Shown: positions 19,135 through 27,632 of the stretch, in pieces
Numbering within the stretch: position 1 is the first letter of the stretch
How the letters are laid out: each line of letters starts with the position of its first letter
IMG/VR virus record: IMGVR_UViG_2579778703_000007
Coordinates: 11,499 to 75,498 of that record
Origin: a virus
Reading direction: 5' to 3' (one strand)
DNA: 64,000 nucleotides
Position numbers and translations under genes: made by a program
The notes under the pieces: model-generated
Databases searched by the model: none
The model's input: the letters and a program-made list of their open reading frames with translations, nothing else
Told to the model about the DNA's origin: nothing

Positions 19135-21849
19135 CTATGGCTTGATGTAGCGGATAGCGAAGTGCGAACCCTCAATCGAAGTCGAAGCACCCCAATCGAG
19201 GAATTGCAGCGTGTCACCTGCGTTTAGTTTACCAACCCAACGAACGTTAACTGGCGTACAGTCGTAGTCGTTCGACAAGCCTTGCGTTACAGCAAGAATG
19301 ATAGACTTGCCTTTTGAGATAGCCGCTTTACACACAGAGTCACTACCATGACTACGGCGCATCGCTGTCCATTCCAGTTCGTAGTAACCGGCAACTTTAA
19401 CTTTAAAGCCATCTGCCGCACTAACTAGATCGACTAGATTGAATGGGTCTTGATATTTACCCGTCCAATCTTTGTATGCCCAATTAACGCTACTTAAAGA
19501 TAATGTACCAGCACCAGCGCGATTACCGTTATTGCCTACAACCACCTCACCACAACGGTTCAAAGCGGCAACTTTAGAGTCAACGTAATCCTTGCGCGTT
19601 AATGAGTGACCCGCCGAGCTTTGAGGCGAACCCGCATACACATTACCGCCATATACCTCTACGTAGTTGCTTTTACGGTTAGTGTAGAACCTGATTCGAC
19701 CGTCAGAGTTAGAAAGAATCTGAATACCAGCACGAATGTTAGTTGCATCATAGTAAGAAGCTAAAGCCCAATGAGCGCCAGAGCTATCACTACAACGGAG
19801 GTTATAAGCAGCTACACCATTACCACCCCATGAAGAGTCATAAAAGTCCTTATTTACTTTTGTTGTTTTGCTTTGGTTATTCCAATCGCCAACAGTAAAG
19901 TAACCATCAGTACGAACTACACCAACGTTACCAAAGTAAACACCAGCACTAAAGTGACCGCTAGGGTTCAAGCGTAACCAAGTATCACCCTTAATTGCTT
20001 CTTTACCAGCTACCTTAATACCTACATCACTATGTACGTTAATACCCTTAGCAAACTCAAAATGGCTGTAAGAGTAGAAACCACTGGTAGCATCAGTTTC
20101 AAGATGAACCCAAGAAGTATTACGGGCACCTATCCAAGCTTTCTTGCCTGAATCAGTAAAGGTAGTGCCTTTGCCAGATGTAAAAGATAAGGAAGGCAGA
20201 CCCACATCAGAAGCAGTTGGTTTAAGAGCTTCTGAGTAAATCTTTTTCCACGGAGTCCAAGCCAAACCACCATCATTGCGAGTACGGATGTATTGAGAGC
20301 CGTCTGCTTTTCGTGTAAAGATTTGAGTAACAAAACTCTTAGACTCATTTTCACGCCCAATAACGTCCAGTGTACCGTAGTCAGCATTAGGTGGACGGTT
20401 TGAAGCAGAACTAACACCGTAGACGTTGTATGAGCCAGTTAGTGTGTAGTTGTTGAAGTCAACTTCACCCTCAATTGACAAAGAACGACTTAGTACACCA
20501 GTACGGTTTGGTGAAGTGCTCTTGTAGAAACCACCCTTGTCGAACTGAACAAGCTTACTACCTTTAGTAACAGCACTATTTGGGTCACTTACACCAGTAC
20601 CGAAAACAGAACTACCATTAGTATAAGTACCACTTCTAATAGCTTTTACATTAGCGTTTGTTCTAATAACAGCGTGTTGATTACCGCGAACATAAAACAC
20701 AACACCAACAAAGTTTTCATCACCCTCCCAAACAGAGTGAATAGTTGTTTCGGTATCCAGATACTTAACGCAAGTTAGCTCATACGCTGCATGCAAGTCA
20801 GACCAACCACCGCCACGAACAAAACCTGTTACAGTATTATTGTTATATGGGTCACTACCACCAGTAGATTTAGTTGAAATATCTACATGGAAGAGAGCGC
20901 CAACACTATTACTGCTAGTTGGTTCAAGCACTACTGCGTAGAATTTAGTAGCATCAAGACCATCTAAGTCTATTACAGTTGTATCAAGGTCACTTAACTT
21001 AGGTTTGTAACCCTCATGGAATACACGTTTTGCAGCAGCACCATTAGCCCCAATGACATTAATCACACCATCTTTGGCGTTTAGATTCATTGGGCGAGCA
21101 TATGTAGCGTCACCAAAACGAGTACCCGATGCGCTTGCCCCCATCATGTTCACACCGTCCATGAGGAACTTAGATGAGCCGACATTTAAGATGCCAGTCA
21201 TCGTGCCACCTGCAAGTTTTAGGTAGCGGCCATCGGCTTGCGCTTGTGTCATCTTCGATGCTGCAAGGTCATACGCTTTCTTAACTGCACCCGCCGCCGC
21301 AAACTTCACGTCACTGGCATCGTTAACCGCCGCAGTGAATGCGTAGTTAGGTACGTTGGATAAGCCAACTTGAGCTTTTGTAACCTTGTGTGGGTTTGAT
21401 GTGTCGGATTTGTGTTGAGCGATATTGGTTGTAATGGCCGCTACCGCATCACCTTGATCCATTAACGCATCGCCTAGCTCTTTGATTGTGTCGAGCGCTT
21501 CTGCTGGCGCACCACCAATCAAAGCGCTGATACGGTTGTCGGTGTGCTTGTTCGCGTTTGTCTCGGCTTGCTCTGCACGAGTGTAAGCAGCGTTACCGCG
21601 ATTTAAACCCTCAACGCCTTTGTCGTATGCCTGTTTAACAGCACCAGCGGTCGCAAGTTTGCTGTTGGACGCATCCGATACCGAGCTGGTGGCCGGATAG
21701 TTTGGTACGTTACCTAAGCCTACTTGTGCCTTTGTGACTCCGTGCGGGTTTGTTTTCTTGCTAGCATGCTCATCAACTTTCGTAGCGATTTCTTCACGAA
21801 TTTTGCGAGCCGGACTACCACCAACTTGAGTCAATTTTTTTAATGCCAT
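19135..21849 (-). CDS. Long tail fibre / receptor-binding protein (pyocin-knob-like module, C1q-like C-terminus)
   Basis: NPHxVTKAQVGL repeats, APAEALDTIKEL, knob motif DFNNYTLTGSY..WTPWKKIY, C-terminal GYYEL..LNAGDTL. Confidence 0.88.
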   Translation of the reverse strand: MALKKLTQVGGSPARKIREEIATKVDEHASKKTNPHGVTKAQVGLGNVPNYPATSSVSDASNSKLATAGAVKQAYDKGVEGLNRGNAAYTRAEQAETNANKHTDNRISALIGGAPAEALDTIKELGDALMDQGDAVAAITTNIAQHKSDTSNPHKVTKAQVGLSNVPNYAFTAAVNDASDVKFAAAGAVKKAYDLAASKMTQAQADGRYLKLAGGTMTGILNVGSSKFLMDGVNMMGASASGTRFGDATYARPMNLNAKDGVINVIGANGAAAKRVFHEGYKPKLSDLDTTVIDLDGLDATKFYAVVLEPTSSNSVGALFHVDISTKSTGGSDPYNNNTVTGFVRGGGWSDLHAAYELTCVKYLDTETTIHSVWEGDENFVGVVFYVRGNQHAVIRTNANVKAIRSGTYTNGSSVFGTGVSDPNSAVTKGSKLVQFDKGGFYKSTSPNRTGVLSRSLSIEGEVDFNNYTLTGSYNVYGVSSASNRPPNADYGTLDVIGRENESKSFVTQIFTRKADGSQYIRTRNDGGLAWTPWKKIYSEALKPTASDVGLPSLSFTSGKGTTFTDSGKKAWIGARNTSWVHLETDATSGFYSYSHFEFAKGINVHSDVGIKVAGKEAIKGDTWLRLNPSGHFSAGVYFGNVGVVRTDGYFTVGDWNNQSKTTKVNKDFYDSSWGGNGVAAYNLRCSDSSGAHWALASYYDATNIRAGIQILSNSDGRIRFYTNRKSNYVEVYGGNVYAGSPQSSAGHSLTRKDYVDSKVAALNRCGEVVVGNNGNRAGAGTLSLSSVNWAYKDWTGKYQDPFNLVDLVSAADGFKVKVAGYYELEWTAMRRSHGSDSVCKAAISKGKSIILAVTQGLSNDYDCTPVNVRWVGKLNAGDTLQFLDWGASTSIEGSHFAIRYIKP

Positions 21850-21946
21850 TCAGAAATATGCCTTTCTCATTTCTTTGACTAGCAACTCCGACAAAGCGCC
21901 AGAGCCACGTTGTTAGTGGGGAAAGTAGGAAAGAAAAGGGCATGGC

Positions 21947-23065
21947 TTATTTGAGGCCGATAACAGTCACAATGTCGCCAGCTTGTAGCTGCTCACCGAA
22001 CGTAATTGTGTTGCCAGATAGACTCCATACACCTGCGTTTTGCATTACACCGCATACGCTTAGAACAAGAACGGCAGTGATAGTACCTGCTGGCAGAGTG
22101 ACGGTAGTTGATGCCGCTTCGACGGTAATATCGACAGTGCGGATCGCGTCTTTGATGGAGGTTGCTACGCTTGCTTTGGTCGCGTATTTGCCGTCAGATT
22201 CCGCTTTGGTGTATGACGCGCCACTTGCAGCAAGGCCGCTACGTGCTTCTGAAATGATTTGCGCTTTTGTTGAGTTCTCAAGTTTCGCAGCGTTAGCGGC
22301 AGTTTCGCCAGCACCTAGCGCGCCCACGTCTTCTGCTGTTAGCTCGATGTTTTGGCTTAGCGCGTGACCGTTGATAGTGCGAGTCTTTGGTACTGCATTC
22401 ACAACGCGAGAGTCGTTACCCTCCATTACTGTGCCAGCGGCATTACCAAAGTTTTTGTTGAACGCTGTGTTTTTGCTAAACGCTGGCTCTGCACCTACGT
22501 CTGTAGCTTCAAGCACTACGTTACCGCGCTGGCCGTTAACAGATGAAACCGCATCGGTAGGTGTTAACAGCTCTTGCCAGTTCGCTAGTGTGCTTGCTGG
22601 TTGGCGCATAAGAACGAATGATTTACGCAGATCCGAACGGATTGCCATATCACCCTCTTGTGCCACCAGCGCAAGCATTTCCGCTTCTGACTTAACAGGG
22701 AACGTTTCTTTGATAGCGATAGCTGGCAATTGGCCTTGTGGGATCTTACCTGTGCTATCTAGCGTAGCCACACCCTCTGCAACGCCTTTCTTGTTGTTCG
22801 GGATGTAGTCGTGCGTGTGGCTTACTGGCGCTGCGCCAACGTCAGTATGAGTTAGAGTTACATCGCCTGTTAGCGGCTTGCTGTTGATAGTGCGAGAAGT
22901 AGGGACAAGGTTCGCGCGCGCTTCACTGACAACTTGCGCCTTAGTCTTACCCTCAAGTTTCGATGCGTCTGCCGCGCGAGCACCTGCTGGCAATGCGCCA
23001 ACGTCTTGTGCTGTTAAGTCAGAAACGAGGCGGTTAATGCGAGTTAATTTGTTTTGTGTAGCCAT
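21947..23065 (-). CDS. Tail fibre / fibre adaptor protein
   Basis: TINxxxLxxxIxLTAxDVGA repeats, GVATLDSTGKIP, VSSVNG. Confidence 0.85.
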   Translation of the reverse strand: MATQNKLTRINRLVSDLTAQDVGALPAGARAADASKLEGKTKAQVVSEARANLVPTSRTINSKPLTGDVTLTHTDVGAAPVSHTHDYIPNNKKGVAEGVATLDSTGKIPQGQLPAIAIKETFPVKSEAEMLALVAQEGDMAIRSDLRKSFVLMRQPASTLANWQELLTPTDAVSSVNGQRGNVVLEATDVGAEPAFSKNTAFNKNFGNAAGTVMEGNDSRVVNAVPKTRTINGHALSQNIELTAEDVGALGAGETAANAAKLENSTKAQIISEARSGLAASGASYTKAESDGKYATKASVATSIKDAIRTVDITVEAASTTVTLPAGTITAVLVLSVCGVMQNAGVWSLSGNTITFGEQLQAGDIVTVIGLK

Positions 23066-23136
23066 AAAAGATCCAATTTATTTGTTAGTTAAAAAGGGCA
23101 TTTATGGGGAATAGGTTTTGGGGAATTTGAAGTTGA

Positions 23137-24396
23137 TTAGCCGACCAAGGTGATCTCCGTTCCTGCTGCAATTTCGTCAACAAACCGGATAACACCAGTG
23201 TCAGGCACAATGGTGTAAGCAAAGTCTTTCGATTGCTGCACACCCTGTAGGAACACAAGCTTAATCGCGCGCTCTGCAAAAGCTGGCGGGATAGCGAATG
23301 TGTTCGAGGTGTTAGGGAAGTGGCTATGGAATACTTCCATAGGCGAGCCAGTAGCACCGCTATTGATGATGGATTCAAGCTTATCGATGTATTCTTGAAG
23401 CTCGGCAATGATCGTGCTTGATGTTGTCGATGGTGAACCAAGCGTAATCACCACTTCATCACCCGCCTCAAGTGGCTCGGCCACTTCGACTTCGTTCGTG
23501 TCTTTGAGGAACTGCCAAGCGCTGCCTTTGGTCTGCACAATGCCCTGAATAGACATTGCATCCACTTCTGGCACTTCATAAGGCAATGCGATTTTTGTCT
23601 CACCACCAACTGCAATATATGGCCAATGCTCAACCGCTTTGTTGTAGGCCGCGACCGCTTTATCGTGGACTAACTTGATCGCTTTTGCCGTGGCATACAG
23701 CTGATCGCTATCTACGTTAATCTCACTGGTTGCCGCCCAGTTGTTTACCAAGCCAAGGCCAACTTGAGCTTTGGTTACGTGGTGCGGGTTTTCACGGTCT
23801 GCGTAGTGCGCTTTAGCCTCGGCGCGCATCGCATATTGCTTGTGTGGGTCTGGATGTGAAACGTGACCTTGTAGGTCATAACCGCCTTGCTCACGGTCAT
23901 CAAAGTTGAGGTGTTCTTGTTCCAGTTGGGTAGCGGTATCTGGCACGGTGACACGGCACAAAATCAAATGATGATCTTCAACCGATTCCAGTGGCAGCAC
24001 CTTAACTTCTGACGCTTCAATCTCTGACGCCAAATCGACTTGTTTTGTCTTTACGCCGTACTTATAGAACGCCTCAAGCACTACGTATGACGTAGCACCC
24101 GCCGGAATTTCCACATCAATATCGTGCTGCTGGCGAACAGTTAGGATGTAGTCGTCACGCTCAACCAGCGCCACGCCAAATTGTTCACCACTGCTCACAC
24201 GCAGTTTCATTCCACCAGCCGGAGCACATTCAAAACCACGGAAAATACCAGCGCGAACGATGCCGTAAAATTTTCGGTTTAAGCTGTTACTGGCCAGTGG
24301 TTCTAGGTACTGCGTATCGGTGATAAGCGGTAGCGCTTGCCAGTCCGTTAGCAGTGGTGGAATGATGATTGTTTCTTCGAAGTTTGGGCGACTCAT
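23137..24396 (-). CDS. Tail fibre protein with P1 gpS-like N-terminal baseplate anchor
   Basis: QYLEPLASNSLNRKFYGIV resembles the P1 gpS N-terminus; DPHKQY and NPHHVTKAQVGL; follows the R homologue. Confidence 0.82.
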   Translation of the reverse strand: MSRPNFEETIIIPPLLTDWQALPLITDTQYLEPLASNSLNRKFYGIVRAGIFRGFECAPAGGMKLRVSSGEQFGVALVERDDYILTVRQQHDIDVEIPAGATSYVVLEAFYKYGVKTKQVDLASEIEASEVKVLPLESVEDHHLILCRVTVPDTATQLEQEHLNFDDREQGGYDLQGHVSHPDPHKQYAMRAEAKAHYADRENPHHVTKAQVGLGLVNNWAATSEINVDSDQLYATAKAIKLVHDKAVAAYNKAVEHWPYIAVGGETKIALPYEVPEVDAMSIQGIVQTKGSAWQFLKDTNEVEVAEPLEAGDEVVITLGSPSTTSSTIIAELQEYIDKLESIINSGATGSPMEVFHSHFPNTSNTFAIPPAFAERAIKLVFLQGVQQSKDFAYTIVPDTGVIRFVDEIAAGTEITLVG

Positions 24397-24857
24397 TACG
24401 CACCAACCTGCGCCACTCTAGCGCTATCAGTGCGAGCCGTGTTGATCACGATTTCAATCGATAGGCCACGGTCTGAGTAAATCCAAACTGGTTGCGTGAC
24501 AGCCACCAGAATTAGGCCGCCGCTTGCATCTTTCACGCCCACGCAAGAGAACTGGTGTTGTTCATCTTCTGCAAGCGTACCCGCTGGCAAGTTTGCCGTG
24601 ATCACGATGTTGCCATTCACATAGGCATAGTTGGCCTTAGAACGGTAAAACACGTTTTCAATGGTTTTCTTGTCCAGTGGAATAGGCATGCAGCTAGGCT
24701 TGCCCTCAATATCTTGGATAAGGTCAAAACCCCATTCAAGATCGCCAAATTGGAAATAAGGCGAAGTACCATTGGTAGGCAACGACGACAAGGCGCGTTC
24801 GTCGTAATAACGGTTAAGCAGTTCACACTGCGATAGGACTACTTTTTGTGTAAGCAC
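24396..24857 (-). CDS. P1 gpR-like tail fibre attachment protein
   Basis: LLNRYYDERA resembles P1 gpR LLDYYYQRRA (recalled); synteny. Confidence 0.7.
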   Translation of the reverse strand: MLTQKVVLSQCELLNRYYDERALSSLPTNGTSPYFQFGDLEWGFDLIQDIEGKPSCMPIPLDKKTIENVFYRSKANYAYVNGNIVITANLPAGTLAEDEQHQFSCVGVKDASGGLILVAVTQPVWIYSDRGLSIEIVINTARTDSARVAQVGA

Positions 24858-24914
24858 CTTTACGACCTCGTATAAGTCGTGGCGCTTTAATGGGACGGGG
24901 AATAGGAGTAGGGA

Positions 24915-25754
24915 TTAATAGTACCGTCTATCAATGGAGATCGCATCCAAGGGGATAGCATCCATTCGAGGTGTACCATACATCGGGCTAACTGGACGTT
25001 CTTCCTGTGTCGTCGTTCCAGTCCGAACAAAGTCCTGTTTATAGCTTGGTGTTGATTCTATATCGGTCGTGACCTGTTTTCCAACCGTAACATGGTCGGA
25101 ATAGTGGGGAATTTCCACCATATCCATGACTTCGAACTCGATTGAGTACAATTGGCCGTCTAAAACGATGCGTAGCGGGATAAGTGGATGTACCACACGT
25201 CTGATTTTCGCCTCGAACGCTCGAATGGCTTCCTCGGTGATACCGTCCTCTCCTGCAATGTCATTCAAAGGGATTCGAATCGCACCGCGACTGGTCAGGA
25301 AAAAGTCACTCGGGTTTAGTCCGTTTTGCAGCTCTAACTCTGACTCGGGAACTAAGAACGTGCCGTATGGGAATAGGTCTTGATCTACTGGTGCGTAGAT
25401 TCGTTCCCACTTTACACGTAACCCTTTAAACTCACGCGCGAGCGTAGAGATAAGCGGGTAGATGGTCTTTTTAAAGTGGATTTCATCCTTACGCTGCATC
25501 ACAACGTGCGGCAAGTCCTCGTCGGCCACTTCACCTAGTGGGAAGATTTTTCGCAGCTCTTTAATGTCCTCTAGCAGCGATTCTTTATCCATTTCGTACA
25601 GAGACGAACGCGCCTTAAGCTTTTCAATGTATGACTCTACGTGCGTCTCGATAGAGTCAGCGATGGCGCTTGCCAAATCCACCCAAGCCGTTTCTTTTTG
25701 ACGCGCCTTGGTTAGCTGGCCAGATAGCCATTTTCTAAAGTCTCCAAATGCCAT
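24915..25754 (-). CDS. P1 gp16-like baseplate wedge protein
   Basis: QRKDEIHFKKT, YAPVD..YPYGT-like, FLTSRG; synteny. Confidence 0.78.
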   Translation of the reverse strand: MAFGDFRKWLSGQLTKARQKETAWVDLASAIADSIETHVESYIEKLKARSSLYEMDKESLLEDIKELRKIFPLGEVADEDLPHVVMQRKDEIHFKKTIYPLISTLAREFKGLRVKWERIYAPVDQDLFPYGTFLVPESELELQNGLNPSDFFLTSRGAIRIPLNDIAGEDGITEEAIRAFEAKIRRVVHPLIPLRIVLDGQLYSIEFEVMDMVEIPHYSDHVTVGKQVTTDIESTPSYKQDFVRTGTTTQEERPVSPMYGTPRMDAIPLDAISIDRRYY

Positions 25755-25776
25755 GTTTTTCGCCTTGTTGGTCTGA

Positions 25777-25887
25777 AAGTTTTCGCATGCGAAAACTATA
25801 CAGGATAGTGTTTCCTAAAGTTCTCGCATGCGAAAACATCCGTGTTTTCCATGCTCCGTGCGAAAAAGTTCTCGCATGCGAAAACTT
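25777..25887. repeat. Three palindromic parS-like sites
   Basis: Copies at about 25777, 25818 and 25866, between bplA and gene 16. Confidence 0.75.
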
Positions 25888-27285
25888 CTATGAGTAGTCG
25901 TAATTCAGTTGAATTGTTGACGTGCTCACATTCAAGTAGTGGTAAGTATCGATAGGGATGCGATCAAGAATACCGACTACCTCAACCTCAAATTCCTTAA
26001 TGCCTAGTGTTGTGTTGAGGTCTTGGATTACGTCCCAAATCTGGTTTTTGGTAATGCGCTCATTGCGGCTCGCTTGCTTACCAAATTTCGCATCCAACGC
26101 ATCGGCCAGTACCTTTGTCGCCCATTCTGGATTTGAACTTGGGTAAAGCTTGCCTTTGACCGTCACGGTAAATGGCACGTCCTTGCGTTCCACCAGCTTA
26201 TAGCGCTCGTTATAGCCCTCACGTCCAGCGAATAGATCTTGGATTTCCTTATTCAAAATCTCGTCGGTCTTATCGGCAGAGTAAGCACAAATAAAGATCG
26301 TGTTGATATTGCGAACGTCCGGCGTTCCAGTGAGTTTTTCCTGCTCCGCTTCGCCCCAAATGGACAGCCAAGTAACACCCGAAATATTGCGCTTAACAAA
26401 GGTCATGTAATCCGAGTCCCACGCAATCTGCTCGTCATAGATTGGCGAGTAAAGGGCGTTGTTTCGGATTGATTCAATATCCTCCGGCTCAGCACCACCG
26501 ATAATGCTGGTGGCGGTTTTGATGGCAAGCTGGTCTTTGTAGGCGCTTTGAATACCCATATCGATAAGCTCTAAAGGTTGCGCATCGAGTAGGGTAGTTA
26601 CGCCATTAGTCAGCCATAGCTCAAACTCAATTACATCGCCCGTAGCTGGCGCGCGACCGTTATTGTTGTTACCAAAACGAACGCCTAGCTGGTCGGTTGG
26701 CTTGTAATATTCCATGTAGGCTTTGGATTTGCCGTCCGTATTACGAAACTTAAAGACGTGCTCCCACACCTCACCGTTCACGCGCACAATGATGTTATGA
26801 ATGCGCTTAGTCAGCGCTTGCGGGAATGCAACGGCTAACCAGTTATGCCCCTCATCGACCGTGTAGGTCATCTTGGACACTTCGAACTGTTGAACTTCTA
26901 CAGACGCGCTTTCCTGTGGCATAAGATCGATGGCTTCCATTAGCGTATAGCGTAATTGGTTGCCAGCAACGCATTGGCTGTATTTCGGCAAGGTAACGCG
27001 CTTAGTTCCAGTATTGGTCACTAGCGCACGGCCTTTCGATGGCGCTGCTTTTCGACCTACATAGCCCTCAGTTTCAGCACCCGCCAAAATGGAAGTGCGC
27101 TTAGTCGCTAACGTCAAATAGGACTCTTGCAAAGCACGGCTACTGATCGCTGCCACACGTTCAACAATCTTGGCCACAAACAAGCAAAGGTAGTCAACGA
27201 ACTGCGAACCAATATGACGCGACCACCAGCTTGAGCCAGCAATCGCCTCGTTAAAGGTCTTTTTGACTTCTTCTAACTTACTCAA
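25888..27285 (-). CDS. bplA: Baseplate wedge protein BplA
   Basis: SYLTLATKRTSIL, LGVRFG..GRAP, GGAEPE, WGEAEQEK (baseplate J/T4 gp6-like). Confidence 0.85.
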   Translation of the reverse strand: MSKLEEVKKTFNEAIAGSSWWSRHIGSQFVDYLCLFVAKIVERVAAISSRALQESYLTLATKRTSILAGAETEGYVGRKAAPSKGRALVTNTGTKRVTLPKYSQCVAGNQLRYTLMEAIDLMPQESASVEVQQFEVSKMTYTVDEGHNWLAVAFPQALTKRIHNIIVRVNGEVWEHVFKFRNTDGKSKAYMEYYKPTDQLGVRFGNNNNGRAPATGDVIEFELWLTNGVTTLLDAQPLELIDMGIQSAYKDQLAIKTATSIIGGAEPEDIESIRNNALYSPIYDEQIAWDSDYMTFVKRNISGVTWLSIWGEAEQEKLTGTPDVRNINTIFICAYSADKTDEILNKEIQDLFAGREGYNERYKLVERKDVPFTVTVKGKLYPSSNPEWATKVLADALDAKFGKQASRNERITKNQIWDVIQDLNTTLGIKEFEVEVVGILDRIPIDTYHYLNVSTSTIQLNYDYS

Positions 27286-27629
27286 AACGTAATACCTCTT
27301 TCCAACGTTTGACCGTTCACAACGATCGTCAATTTGTAGGCATCGATACCGCTGACGTTTGGCTCTACGGCAATGCCGTGAACCACTGCGCCTTTCACGT
27401 CAATTGGGAGGGTTAATAGGATTGAGTTTTCGATAGCTGCTGCTGTGGTTTCGTTTACTGGTTCATGCTTGTATGTTCCTAATCTGTTGCCCCATTGCGG
27501 AGCACCCCAAACTTGGCCTTGAGGTGTATCGAGCCATTCAGAGACGCGCGCAACGATCGCGTGTTTCTCATCGGCCACCTTTACACCGTCAATATCGACC
27601 CGTAGTAAGTAATCAATTTCTTGGCTCAT
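27282..27629 (-). CDS. pmgA: PmgA (gp25-like baseplate protein)
   Basis: EWLDTPQG.VWG.P.WGN..YKHEP; synteny. Confidence 0.78.
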   Translation of the reverse strand: MSQEIDYLLRVDIDGVKVADEKHAIVARVSEWLDTPQGQVWGAPQWGNRLGTYKHEPVNETTAAAIENSILLTLPIDVKGAVVHGIAVEPNVSGIDAYKLTIVVNGQTLERGITF

Positions 27630-27632
27630 CTA

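Noticed and set aside
6753..25887. Palindromic repeats as a CRISPR array
   Set aside because: Dispersed singly or in twos and threes, with related rather than unique spacers and no cas genes
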